64,000 nt of DNA from Candidatus Omnitrophota bacterium (GCA_043800555.1 JAZDMX010000003.1:97947-161946); one strand, 5' to 3'; shown: positions 1-9,388, counted from the stretch's first letter. Program-made: numbers and translations. Notes: generated from the letters alone by a model not told the origin.

Positions 1-92
1 CGCCGGCAGTAATCCTGCCGCAGCAATCACCCCTTTAAAATCAGGTTGTTTTAGCGCCGCGGGGATTGGCAATAACTGGAGTTTGAAGAATT

Positions 93-2042
93 ATGGCGGA
101 TAGGCCTAAGACAATTTTATTTATAGCTATTTTTTTAATCATCGCTTGTTCCTGCGCTTTCTTTTATTCGAATTCCCTGCATAACCCTTTCATCTGGGAT
201 GACGACGCCTTAATCGTTAAAAACCCGATTATCCGAAGCTGGTCGAATTTGCCCAAGGCATTTACCAGCGATTTGTATTCCGGAGTTTCCTTTGGCTCAA
301 ATTTTTATCGTCCGATACAAACAATTTCTTATATGTGGGATTATTCTTGGTGGCAACTCGATCCTTACGGGTATCATTTAACTAATCTTTTTCTTCAGAT
401 CCTGGTTTCCTTTCTGGTGTTTTTATTCACCCGGAGTTTCTTTAATGAAATAAGAATTTCTATAGCGGCGGCCCTGCTTTTTGCTTTGAACCCGTTGCAT
501 ACGGAAGTAGTCACTTATATCTCCGGCAGGGCGGAGATGCTTATAGCCGTGTTTTTGCTTTTATCCCTGCTTTTATTTATGCGGGGGAACCGGTTCTTTT
601 CCTGGCTGGCTTTTATTTTTGCGCTGTTATCGAAAGAGTTAGCGGTAGCCTTTCCCCTAATCATTATTGCTTATTTATTCTGTTGCCGTGGCGAGGCAGA
701 AAAGAAAGAAGATGGCTTTTTAAGGCCGGCCATTCCTTTTCTGGCGATTGATTTCTTGTATTTACTATTAAGGCTTACATCTTTAAGTTTTTTGCGTTCT
801 CACCCTCCGGCTTTGACCAAATACCCGCTGTTGGCCAGGTTTATGGTTTTGCCCGATATATTGCTTACCTATTTTAAGCTATTGGTTTTACCGGTTGATT
901 TGCATATGAGTTGGACTTTAAAACACGCCGCGGGTTTTATTGGCATATTCTTTAATTGGTTTTTGTCCGGATTGGTTCTTATCTGCGGCTACTATATCCT
1001 TAAGAGAAATAAGAATCCCGGCGTCTGGTGTTTTATGTCGTCCTGGTTCTTCATTTTTCTTCTCCCGCAGGCAGGCCTCTTGCCGATTAACACTTTCATC
1101 GCCGAGCATTTCCTCTATTTATCGTCAATAAGCTTCTTTATCCTCCTGGGTTTCCTGTTGAATAAATCCTTAAGAAAACAATTATTTTATCCGGCGGTAA
1201 TACTCTTGGGCGCTTTTTACGGTATACTCACATTTAGCCGGAATTTTGACTGGCAGGACCCGGCAGTTTTTTATAAAAAGATAATCAAATTCTCTCCAAA
1301 CAGTTTCCAGGCGCATAACAATTTGGGTTTAGAGTATGAGCGCCGGCACCTTTTTGACTTAGCGTTGATTGAATATAAGAAAGCCCTTGAGATCGAACCG
1401 GGCCTGATGGAAGCGCGCTCAAACCTGGCCAACCTTTATTTTCAAACCGGAAAATTCAAGGACGCGCTCCTGGAATATTCCAAGGTAGAAAAGAATGCCC
1501 CCAAAAACAAGGCCGGGGAATTACAGAATAATATTGGCTGCGTATTTGAGGTTGAGGGGTTACCGGATGATGCCTTGAGAAGTTACAGGCTCGCTTTAAG
1601 GCTGGATCCGGCTTTGAATTTTACGCATTTTAACATTGCCCGTATTTATGCGGCAAAGGGTAATTTTGATTTGGCGGCACAGGAGGCATTGCAATCGCTT
1701 CCAGAGATAAACTCGCCAATAAAGAAGAGTGAAGAATACCGCGCCATCGTTTCCTCGTATGTTAAATTACCGAATGTTTTCCAATCCGGTGCCGTATTCT
1801 TTAATGATTTAGGCGTAAAGTTTGCTTCTCGGGGGCTTTGGGAAGGTTCAATCACGGCTTTTAACAGGGCCATTGAACTGGATCCTTTTTACGCTGATGC
1901 GCATTTTAACCTGGGACTTGTTTTTTGGAAAAATGGCCTGAAAAATAAAGCAATTTTTGAGTTTAAATCAATCCTTAAGAATCATCCTAATTATTTGAAG
2001 GCCAAGGAGTTCTTATCCGAAATAATATACAAAAAGTATTGA
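93..2042 (+). CDS. TMTC-like GT-C membrane glycosyltransferase (putative protein O-mannosyltransferase) with C-terminal TPR repeats
   Basis: N-terminal TM, then FIWDD acidic motif, FYRP, HTEVVTYISGRAE, LSKE, AEHFLY; many TM helices; C-terminal TPRs (AHNNLG, ARSNLA, AHFNLG). Confidence 0.8.
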   Translation: MADRPKTILFIAIFLIIACSCAFFYSNSLHNPFIWDDDALIVKNPIIRSWSNLPKAFTSDLYSGVSFGSNFYRPIQTISYMWDYSWWQLDPYGYHLTNLFLQILVSFLVFLFTRSFFNEIRISIAAALLFALNPLHTEVVTYISGRAEMLIAVFLLLSLLLFMRGNRFFSWLAFIFALLSKELAVAFPLIIIAYLFCCRGEAEKKEDGFLRPAIPFLAIDFLYLLLRLTSLSFLRSHPPALTKYPLLARFMVLPDILLTYFKLLVLPVDLHMSWTLKHAAGFIGIFFNWFLSGLVLICGYYILKRNKNPGVWCFMSSWFFIFLLPQAGLLPINTFIAEHFLYLSSISFFILLGFLLNKSLRKQLFYPAVILLGAFYGILTFSRNFDWQDPAVFYKKIIKFSPNSFQAHNNLGLEYERRHLFDLALIEYKKALEIEPGLMEARSNLANLYFQTGKFKDALLEYSKVEKNAPKNKAGELQNNIGCVFEVEGLPDDALRSYRLALRLDPALNFTHFNIARIYAAKGNFDLAAQEALQSLPEINSPIKKSEEYRAIVSSYVKLPNVFQSGAVFFNDLGVKFASRGLWEGSITAFNRAIELDPFYADAHFNLGLVFWKNGLKNKAIFEFKSILKNHPNYLKAKEFLSEIIYKKY

Positions 2043-2066
2043 TAAAAACGCCTGTTGTGTTAGAAT
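2039..2066 (+). promoter_or_regulatory. Putative sigma70 promoter for the pilin/pil operon
   Basis: TTGATA (2039-2044), 16 bp, TAGAAT (2061-2066) preceded by TG-T extended -10; ATG follows at 2074. Confidence 0.5.
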
Positions 2067-2073
2067 AATTTCA

Positions 2074-2610
2074 ATGAAAAACAGGGTAAAAAACAGGTTA
2101 ATCGTAAAGAAAGCCGGCGGCCGAGCCGCCCTTAGCCCATCAGGGAAAGCCGCCGTAAGAAGGCGCGGTTTTCCGGGCGGGTTTTCTTTGGTAGAGATAA
2201 CGTTTGTGGTTTTAATTGTGTCTTTATTGGTTTCTTTGGCGGTTGTGGAAGGAGTTACGCTCAGGAAAAAAGCCAATGAAGCAAACGTTCAGGCAAATTT
2301 AAAGGCCATAGCGTCGGGTTTTGAAATATACGCTGCCGGCCACGGCGGGGCTTATTCTTCCGGAGATGAATCTAACCTGCAGTTTTTGGTTGATTCCAGA
2401 TGCGCTTCACAGGATTTAGTAAGCATGAGCCAGTTGGGGAATTTTAAATATGTTGTTGGTTCGATAAACCCTTCAGGTTATGATATAAGGGGCATTGCGG
2501 TCAACCCTGTTTTAGCCGACCATAACTATCAGATTACGACAGGCGGGCGGATTAGGCGCAGCGACACCCCGGAAACCTCGGATAATGATTTTAAGGATTA
2601 TGCCCCATGA
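2074..2610 (+). CDS. Type IV pilin/pseudopilin with class III signal peptide
   Basis: Basic leader, then G|FSLVE (Glu at +5) and hydrophobic helix ITFVVLIVSLLVSLAVV. Confidence 0.85.
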   Translation: MKNRVKNRLIVKKAGGRAALSPSGKAAVRRRGFPGGFSLVEITFVVLIVSLLVSLAVVEGVTLRKKANEANVQANLKAIASGFEIYAAGHGGAYSSGDESNLQFLVDSRCASQDLVSMSQLGNFKYVVGSINPSGYDIRGIAVNPVLADHNYQITTGGRIRRSDTPETSDNDFKDYAP

Positions 2611-3023
2611 AGAATAATAAAGCAAAGAGTTTTGTAGCCATTATGATTGTGATCGCCTTGTCGGCCTTGGTGTTAAGGGTAGCTATAAGCAAGATTATTA
2701 ATTTGGTGAGCGCCCAGAATGAATCTAACGCTCAATCCACGCTTAAGCTTATATCTACCGCTCTTGAAAACTATGCCGCAAACAACCAGGGGGCCTATCC
2801 TTTGAAAATAGCCGTTTTAACCCAGTCTCAGCCGCAGTATCTTGACAAGGATTATATAAAGCAATCCCCCCTAAAAGGCTATCGTTATAGTTGCGGCCGC
2901 TTGGACGCTTCCGGGTATAACTGTTACGCGTTTCCCACCCGGTGCAAATTAACCGGCAAAGTCGATTTTAGCGTTACTACAGGCAGTTTGTTAATATCTG
3001 AAGATTGCGCTAAAAAGGAATAA
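2607..3023 (+). CDS. Atypical pilin-like protein (paralog of preceding gene)
   Basis: Short basic leader, S|FVAIM hydrophobic helix; NESNAQSTLKLISTALENYAA resembles NEANVQANLKAIASGFEIYAA of upstream pilin; 4 C-terminal Cys. Confidence 0.65.
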   Translation: MKNNKAKSFVAIMIVIALSALVLRVAISKIINLVSAQNESNAQSTLKLISTALENYAANNQGAYPLKIAVLTQSQPQYLDKDYIKQSPLKGYRYSCGRLDASGYNCYAFPTRCKLTGKVDFSVTTGSLLISEDCAKKE

Positions 3024-3046
3024 GTTCATAATAACCAAGAATACTT

Positions 3047-4078
3047 ATGGCCAATATCTTGTCGAAAATAAAAAATAATTTCTCCCGGGAGAGGTTTTGC
3101 ATCGGCCTTGATATTGGCACCCAGTCAGTCAAAATAGCCAGGCTTAAACTTGCTAAAGACGAAGTTACCTTGTGCGGTTTCGATATAGAGCCGGCTAAGT
3201 TAGAGCTTAGCGGAGCGTTCAAGAAGATAAAAGAGCCGCGTTTTGCGGACACGTTGAATATATCTGTTTCGGGCCCGCAAACCGTAATACGCTATGCCAA
3301 TTTTCCCAAAATGAACTCTCAAGAGTTAAGGCGTTCCCTTAAGTTTGAGGCGCATAAATATATACCATTTTCGGTCTCCGAAGTTAATCTCGACGCTTGT
3401 ATTCTAAAGAACGACCCTGTCGATAGCAAGATGCTGGTTTTGATCGCCGCGGCAAAAAAAGAGATGGTTGCCAGCCGCCTGGAATTGATTGAGAGCATAA
3501 ATTTACCCGTAAACCTGGTTGAGGTGGATTCTATCTCGTTGGTCAACGCCTTTATCTTTAATAATCCTCCGGAAGATAGCGCCGGGGATAAAGCGGTAGC
3601 GCTTCTTAATATCGGCGCTTCGGTGAGTAATTTGAATATATTGGAAGGCGCCATCCCGCGTTTAAGCCGGGATATGCATATCGCGGGCAATACCTTTAGC
3701 CAAAAGATCATGGATATATTCGGGGTTGCTTTTAACGATGCCGAAAGGCTGAAGACCGAACCTGAGCGGGAAGCTGAAAATGAGGATAGAATCAACGCGG
3801 CTTTAGAATCGGTCTTGTCGAATATGGCAACCGATATCAGGACATCTTTCGATTATTACGAAAGCCAGGGCTCTTCTTCTGTCGTCAAGATATTCTTAAG
3901 CGGCGGGGGGGCCAGGTTCAAGGGGTTAAAGGAGGCGCTTGCGCGCCTTTTGGGTATTGAGGTGGAATTTTGGGATCCTTTGAAACGCCTGGTGATTGAC
4001 GCTGCCGTTGGGGTTGATAAGGCCAAAGAGGCATCCGGGCAATTAGCGGTTGCCGTGGGGTTAGCCTTACGCGGGTAG
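3047..4078 (+). CDS. pilM: Type IV pilus assembly protein PilM
   Basis: IGLDIG, FEAHKYIPF, LNIGA, SFDYYESQ, FLSGGGA, C-terminal AVAVGLALRG. Confidence 0.9.
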   Translation: MANILSKIKNNFSRERFCIGLDIGTQSVKIARLKLAKDEVTLCGFDIEPAKLELSGAFKKIKEPRFADTLNISVSGPQTVIRYANFPKMNSQELRRSLKFEAHKYIPFSVSEVNLDACILKNDPVDSKMLVLIAAAKKEMVASRLELIESINLPVNLVEVDSISLVNAFIFNNPPEDSAGDKAVALLNIGASVSNLNILEGAIPRLSRDMHIAGNTFSQKIMDIFGVAFNDAERLKTEPEREAENEDRINAALESVLSNMATDIRTSFDYYESQGSSSVVKIFLSGGGARFKGLKEALARLLGIEVEFWDPLKRLVIDAAVGVDKAKEASGQLAVAVGLALRG

Positions 4079-4192
4079 CGTTTCCTATAAAAGTTATTTT
4101 GATTACGCGGGTTATCATTAGCATATTTTAATTCCTGCAATCTGTTTTAGGGAGACGGTTAACCCGCTTTTGAACCGCAAAGGAATTTTTGG

Positions 4193-4807
4193 ATGATCGA
4201 GATCAATTTACTCCCGGAAGAATTAAGAAACAGGCTGGTCAAAGCCGATAACCCCGAGGTAGCCGAAAGTTCCGGCAGCCTGGAGCCAAAGCATTTTATT
4301 TTGCTCGTACCGTTAATCTTCGGTATTTTAGTTTGCGTTCAATTGACTATCGGAGTTTGGGGGATATCCAGGGCGCAGCGGCTGCATGCGTTGAAGCAGG
4401 AATGGAAAACTCTTGAGTCTGAAAGAAAAGCCTTACGGGAGTCCAGCGAGAAATACGCGTTGGCTTCAGAAGGCCCCCGGGCTTTGCAGCAAATGTTACG
4501 CGACAGGATTATTTGGTCGGAAAAGCTAAACCGCCTTAGTTTGGACCTGCCTCCCGGAATATGGTTTGAGGGGCTAGCGGTCAATTCGAACGAACTGACC
4601 TTATTGGCAGCCGGGGTGTCTTTAAAAAAGGAAGATATGGCCTTGATCAAGCAGTTTATTGATAATCTTAAGAATGACCCCGCATTTATTAAAGACTTTA
4701 ACGGCCTTGAGTTAGGCCAAGCCGTTAAGAAAACAATCGGCAGCTACGAGATTACCGAATTTACTTTAGAGGCGGCTATTAACCGGGCATCCGCTAAAAC
4801 AAAATGA
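4193..4807 (+). CDS. pilN: Type IV pilus assembly protein PilN
   Basis: N-terminal INLLP motif, one TM, coiled coil, PPGIWF. Confidence 0.85.
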   Translation: MIEINLLPEELRNRLVKADNPEVAESSGSLEPKHFILLVPLIFGILVCVQLTIGVWGISRAQRLHALKQEWKTLESERKALRESSEKYALASEGPRALQQMLRDRIIWSEKLNRLSLDLPPGIWFEGLAVNSNELTLLAAGVSLKKEDMALIKQFIDNLKNDPAFIKDFNGLELGQAVKKTIGSYEITEFTLEAAINRASAKTK

Positions 4808-5406
4808 ACCTGAAGGATAAAATAAGAAACATCAAGATTTTCGACCGGTTGGATTTGGATAATAAGAAAATAATCCTTATCGCCGTAATCAGCGCGATCG
4901 CGCTTTATATGGATGTAAACCTTGTGTTGAAAGCCCAGGTCAAGGGGCTCAATAAGGGCAAGGAGGAGCTTATCAGGTTAAATAATGACCTGGATAGCTT
5001 CAAAGCGGAAATCAATAAGATGCGGCAGATGGAATCCGCGCGGCCTTCTTTACCCCAACCGGGCCTTAAGGCAAAAAAGACGGTTCCTGAAAACCAGTTC
5101 CCATCTTTACTGCAGGATATCTTCAAAGCGGCGAATAATAATGCCGTAAGGATATTGCAGATAAGGCCTTACCGGCAGGCGCCTTCCGTCGGTAAGGATA
5201 ATAAGGCCAAACCTCAGGATAAGCTTACCCCTGTTTTAATCGCCTTAGAGCTATCGTGCGGGTATCATAATTTAGGCAAATTCATAAACGGCTTGGAAAA
5301 CTTAGAATATTTTGTTAATGTGCAGGAGATTAAGATAGAGCCCCAGGGAGACAATTACCTTAACCAGAAAGTCAGCCTGCTTTTGACTACATATACCGGG
5401 AGCTAA
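4804..5406 (+). CDS. pilO: Type IV pilus assembly protein PilO
   Basis: TM plus coiled coil, GYHNLGKFINGLEN motif, position after pilN. Confidence 0.8.
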   Translation: MNLKDKIRNIKIFDRLDLDNKKIILIAVISAIALYMDVNLVLKAQVKGLNKGKEELIRLNNDLDSFKAEINKMRQMESARPSLPQPGLKAKKTVPENQFPSLLQDIFKAANNNAVRILQIRPYRQAPSVGKDNKAKPQDKLTPVLIALELSCGYHNLGKFINGLENLEYFVNVQEIKIEPQGDNYLNQKVSLLLTTYTGS

Positions 5407-5416
5407 GGGATATACT

Positions 5417-5842
5417 ATGCGCGCGCCGTTTGAAAATCGGGGTTTTCCCTGTAAAAAAGCGCTTGGGGCGCAAGCGGGATGCGGCCGCTGGCGATTATTG
5501 GTTACGTTGTTCCTGCTTTGTTTTTTCAGTATTTCTTTGGCCCAGGAAGATTTTGTCTATCAACCAAAAGGCAGGAGAAACCCCTTTATCCCCTTAGTCA
5601 CTAAAGACGGGCAGCTTCTGAAACTGGACAGGGAACGGGAAAGCCTCCCGGATGGCTTATCGGTGGATGGCATCATTTATGATAAGCAAGGCGTATCGTA
5701 TGCCCTTGTAAACGGGAGGGTAATCGGCGTGGGGGATTACGCCGGAGATTACAGGGTTTTAAAAATCGAAGATTACAAAGTTACTTTTCTTATAGGCGGC
5801 CAGGTTAAAGAGGTTCCCATATACAGCAGGGAGGAAAATTGA
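5417..5842 (+). CDS. PilP/GspB-like periplasmic assembly protein
   Basis: Hydrophobic segment, RRNPF motif, GIIYD..ALVNG..GD beta domain; between pilO and pilQ. Confidence 0.65.
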   Translation: MRAPFENRGFPCKKALGAQAGCGRWRLLVTLFLLCFFSISLAQEDFVYQPKGRRNPFIPLVTKDGQLLKLDRERESLPDGLSVDGIIYDKQGVSYALVNGRVIGVGDYAGDYRVLKIEDYKVTFLIGGQVKEVPIYSREEN

Positions 5843-7503
5843 GGATAAATATCGTTTTCAAGCTTTCGTTGCTTTCTTTATTTTTATTGTTCTTGTCTTT
5901 TTCTTCTTCCCCGGCTGCGGAGGATAAAGATAACCCTCTCCAGGTTCTAAGCGCTTCGGATAACGTGACTTTGGATTTTAAAGAAGCGGATATCCAAAAC
6001 GTGCTTAAGATTATTTCCTACAAGTCGGGAGTCAATATAGTCAGCACTCCCGAAGTCTTAGGGAATGTTACCTTAAGGATGGTTGATGTCCCCTGGGAAA
6101 CGGCCTTGGACGTGATATTAAAGACTTACGGGTACAGTTACCAGAAACAGGGAAATATTATTTTAGTTACCAGGTTAGAGAATATGGCCAAGCTCCAGGC
6201 AGAGGAACCCTTGCAGACTGAAATCTTCACTCTTAAATTCCTTGACGCGCAAGACGCCCAAAAGATCATTATACCCCTGCTTACTCCCCGCGGGAAAATA
6301 TCAGTATTGTATGCCCGGGGGCAGAAAGGATGGACTTTCGGAACTTTTAAAATCGGCAAAGAGACCGTGACCAACGCTGCCTTGGAGAGAGAAAAGCAAG
6401 AAGCCAAGGCCGAAACTATCTCTATGCAAAATTCCGCTACCGGGGAGCTTATCTCGCGTAAGGCGGAATTTGACGCGTCGGTAAAGTCGAAGGTTCTCCT
6501 TATAACCGATACAGCCCCTTCTTTGGACAGGATCCGCAACGTGATAATCCCCGCGATCGATAAGAGACCCAAGCAGGTTTTAATTGAGGCCCGGATTATG
6601 GAAGTGCAAAAAGATAAATTAAAAGACATAGGGTTAGAGTGGGGCAAGGGCAATGGCTCGATTACGACCAATACCTCAACCGGCACTATTGTCGGCAGAA
6701 GCATTGCTTCTAATGTTACGCCTAATGCGTTTGACCCTGTTGAGGGGACTACCGCCGTGACCGGGACCTATCCTTATAATACGGGTTTACAGCTTCTTTT
6801 CAGTAAAATAGGCGGCACGAAGATGGAAATATTGTTGCATGCCCTGGAAGAAGATTCGCATACAAATATGCTCTCTTCGCCTAAAATCCTCACCTTGGAT
6901 AACCAGGAGGCGTCGATTTTAATCGGTTATCATACGCCGATCCTTAGCTCTTCGGTAACTGCCGGAACTACGGATAGCGGCCCCACGCAGACACAAACCT
7001 TGGATTATTACCAGGAGATTGGCATCCGGCTCAATGTCGTCCCTCAAATCAGCGACGAGGGATATATAAACATGATTATACATCCGAGCATTACGTCTTC
7101 AAATTCAAGCGTGGCCGCTACTAATGTCGCCGGCACGGGAAACGACGCGATTACATCCGAGATTGATTATCCCGTTATCGATGTGCGCGAGGCGCAAACG
7201 CAGGTTTTGATAAGAAATAACGAAACAATTGTCATCGGCGGGTTGCTTAAGGACGTCAAGACCAAGGAGACAATCGGCGTGCCTTTTATAAAGGACATTC
7301 CGTGGCTGGGGAAGTTATTTACGCGCCAGACGGATAATGTAACGAAAGTCGATTTGCTTATATTTATCACCGCTCACATACTTGAAGAAGGAGAGCTTTC
7401 CCAGGAAGAAACCGAGAAGATTAAAAAAGGCGTTGATTATATGCCGCCCGAAAAAGACTCCGGGGCCAAGAAAAAGGGCTGGGATTCTTTAACCGCCCCA
7501 TAA
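5839..7503 (+). CDS. pilQ: Secretin PilQ
   Basis: TTG start; signal peptide; LDFKEADI and VPWETALD N-domain; QVLIEARIMEV, SPKILTLDNQEA, ETIVIGGL, GVPFIKDIPWLGKLF. Confidence 0.9.
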   Translation: MRINIVFKLSLLSLFLLFLSFSSSPAAEDKDNPLQVLSASDNVTLDFKEADIQNVLKIISYKSGVNIVSTPEVLGNVTLRMVDVPWETALDVILKTYGYSYQKQGNIILVTRLENMAKLQAEEPLQTEIFTLKFLDAQDAQKIIIPLLTPRGKISVLYARGQKGWTFGTFKIGKETVTNAALEREKQEAKAETISMQNSATGELISRKAEFDASVKSKVLLITDTAPSLDRIRNVIIPAIDKRPKQVLIEARIMEVQKDKLKDIGLEWGKGNGSITTNTSTGTIVGRSIASNVTPNAFDPVEGTTAVTGTYPYNTGLQLLFSKIGGTKMEILLHALEEDSHTNMLSSPKILTLDNQEASILIGYHTPILSSSVTAGTTDSGPTQTQTLDYYQEIGIRLNVVPQISDEGYINMIIHPSITSSNSSVAATNVAGTGNDAITSEIDYPVIDVREAQTQVLIRNNETIVIGGLLKDVKTKETIGVPFIKDIPWLGKLFTRQTDNVTKVDLLIFITAHILEEGELSQEETEKIKKGVDYMPPEKDSGAKKKGWDSLTAP

Positions 7504-7542
7504 TTAAGAGTGAGGCAGGTTTAATGCCTTTGCTAAGGGTAA

Positions 7543-7848
7543 ATGTATAAATTAAAGTTTATTTTCTCCAAGAAAGGGTTGATGATATATATAGGGCATT
7601 TGGACCTGATGCGTTTATTCACGCGGGCAATGCGCAGGGCGGATTTGCCGCTTAAGATGTCCGAGGGGTTTTCTCCGCACCCTAAGTTTGGTTTAAGGCG
7701 GGCGCTAAAATTGGGGTTAGAAAGCGATAACGAGGAGGGGATAGTGGCCTTGAGGGTCCCGCAAGATGAGCAGGAATTTAAAAATAAATTGCAGGAACAA
7801 CTACCAGAAGGGATTGAGATAAAACATGTCGAAAGAAATTTTAGTTAA
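7543..7848 (+). CDS. TIGR03936/DUF2344 radical-SAM-associated protein (short form)
   Basis: YIGHLDLMRLFTRAMRRA, SEGFSPHPK, LGLES, LPEGI. Confidence 0.8.
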   Translation: MYKLKFIFSKKGLMIYIGHLDLMRLFTRAMRRADLPLKMSEGFSPHPKFGLRRALKLGLESDNEEGIVALRVPQDEQEFKNKLQEQLPEGIEIKHVERNFS

Positions 7849-9268
7849 TATTGAACCGCAGGAAAAGCGGGTTGCGGTTGTTTCAGAGGGGCAATTGCAG
7901 GAATTCTATATTGAACGCCCGCAGGATAGGACTATCGTCGGCAACATTTATAAGGGCAAGATTGAGGCGGTCCTGCCTTCTTTGGGGGCGGCTTTTGTGG
8001 ATATCGGCCTTCCCAAAAAGGGTTTTCTTTATTTGTCCGAGATTGAATTTGCGTTCGAATCGGTAGATGAGCCGGGGCTTAAAAAAGATAAAGAGATCAA
8101 GAAGGGCCAGGAAGTGTTGGTCCAGGTAGTTAAGGAATCCTTTGGCACCAAGGGCCCGAGGCTATCTACGCACATTGGCTTAGCCGGCAGGTACCTGGTG
8201 ATTATGCCGCAGGATAAGCAGGTAGGCATATCGCGCAGGATTGAGGATGATGTTGAAAGAAGGCGCCTGCGCCAGATATTTAACGAGTTAAAGCTCCCCA
8301 AGGATGTCGGTTTTATCGTGCGGACAGCTGCCTGCGGGAAATCCAAGCAGGAACTTGGCCGTGACGCCCAGTTCCTTTATAAATTATGGAAGAGGCTGGA
8401 GAAAATTGTGGAGCAGAAAAAATCTCCCAGCCTAATTTATGAAGAATACGACCTTACTTTAAGGGCGATAAGGGATTCTTTTACCGAAGATATCTCTAAG
8501 CTGATTGTAGATTCAAAACCCGAGTATTATCGCATCCAGAATTTTATGCGCACATTCTTAAGTTATTTGGCCAAGAAGGTGGAATTTTACCGCGGCGACG
8601 ATTTATTCGGAGAGAAAGATATCGAGAGGCAGATTATCCGGATAAACGAAAGCCGGGTTTACTTGAAATCAAAAGCTTACCTGGTCATTGAGCCTACCGA
8701 AGGCTTAGTGGTTATTGATGTCAATAGCGGAGGGTTTAAGAAGAAATTTAACCAGGAGGAGACTGCTTTTAAGGTTAATTCCGAGGCGGCTATGGAAGTT
8801 GCCCGCCAGTTGGTTTTACGCGACTTAGGCGGCATAATCGTCATCGATTTTATCGATATGGAAAAAGAAGGCCATCGCCGTGAGATATTTAATTTATTGA
8901 AGAGGGCATTAAGCGGCGACCGGGCAAAATACGATATTTTGGGTATTTCTAAATTCGGCGTGGTAGAAATGACCCGCGAGCGGATTCATAAGACCGTGCA
9001 GATGCTTTCTTTTCAGTCCTGCCCTTATTGCCAGGGCAGGGGCAGGGTAAAGTCAGCTATGACGATAGCTATTTACGCCCTTAAGGAGTTAAAGAGGTTC
9101 TTAAAGGGTAAAAACCTCAAAGAGGTCAATGTCACGCTTTCCCCTTCGGTAATCGGCGAAATATTGAAGAATAAGGAAGATTTAAGGTCAATTGAGTATA
9201 AATTCAAGACCAAGGTTAATTTTATCTCTAATCCTACTTTGCATATCGAAGACGTGCACATCGCATAA
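7826..9268 (+). CDS. rng: Rne/Rng family ribonuclease (RNase G-sized)
   Basis: VGNIYKG S1 domain, VQVVKE..GTKGPRL, VIDVNSG, IDFIDM, CPYCQGRG Zn-link. Confidence 0.9.
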   Translation: MSKEILVNIEPQEKRVAVVSEGQLQEFYIERPQDRTIVGNIYKGKIEAVLPSLGAAFVDIGLPKKGFLYLSEIEFAFESVDEPGLKKDKEIKKGQEVLVQVVKESFGTKGPRLSTHIGLAGRYLVIMPQDKQVGISRRIEDDVERRRLRQIFNELKLPKDVGFIVRTAACGKSKQELGRDAQFLYKLWKRLEKIVEQKKSPSLIYEEYDLTLRAIRDSFTEDISKLIVDSKPEYYRIQNFMRTFLSYLAKKVEFYRGDDLFGEKDIERQIIRINESRVYLKSKAYLVIEPTEGLVVIDVNSGGFKKKFNQEETAFKVNSEAAMEVARQLVLRDLGGIIVIDFIDMEKEGHRREIFNLLKRALSGDRAKYDILGISKFGVVEMTRERIHKTVQMLSFQSCPYCQGRGRVKSAMTIAIYALKELKRFLKGKNLKEVNVTLSPSVIGEILKNKEDLRSIEYKFKTKVNFISNPTLHIEDVHIA

Positions 9269-9388
9269 TATGCCTATTTACCGTTATTGACGGGCGTAAA
9301 ATGCCGCAGCCTGCGGCAGGCAGGTGTAACGGCCTAGCCTGGGGATTGCCGCAGTGCCTGCAGCTTCTGGAAACGACATAATTTAGCC

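Noticed and set aside
4150-4185. Resemblance to a fluoride riboswitch (GGAGAC...AACCGC)
   Set aside because: Lacks GATG and the downstream GCTRATG pseudoknot elements; context (pilN) does not fit
7514-7530. Terminator after pilQ (AGGCA..TGCCT-TT)
   Set aside because: Only a 5-bp stem with a short T run; too weak to call
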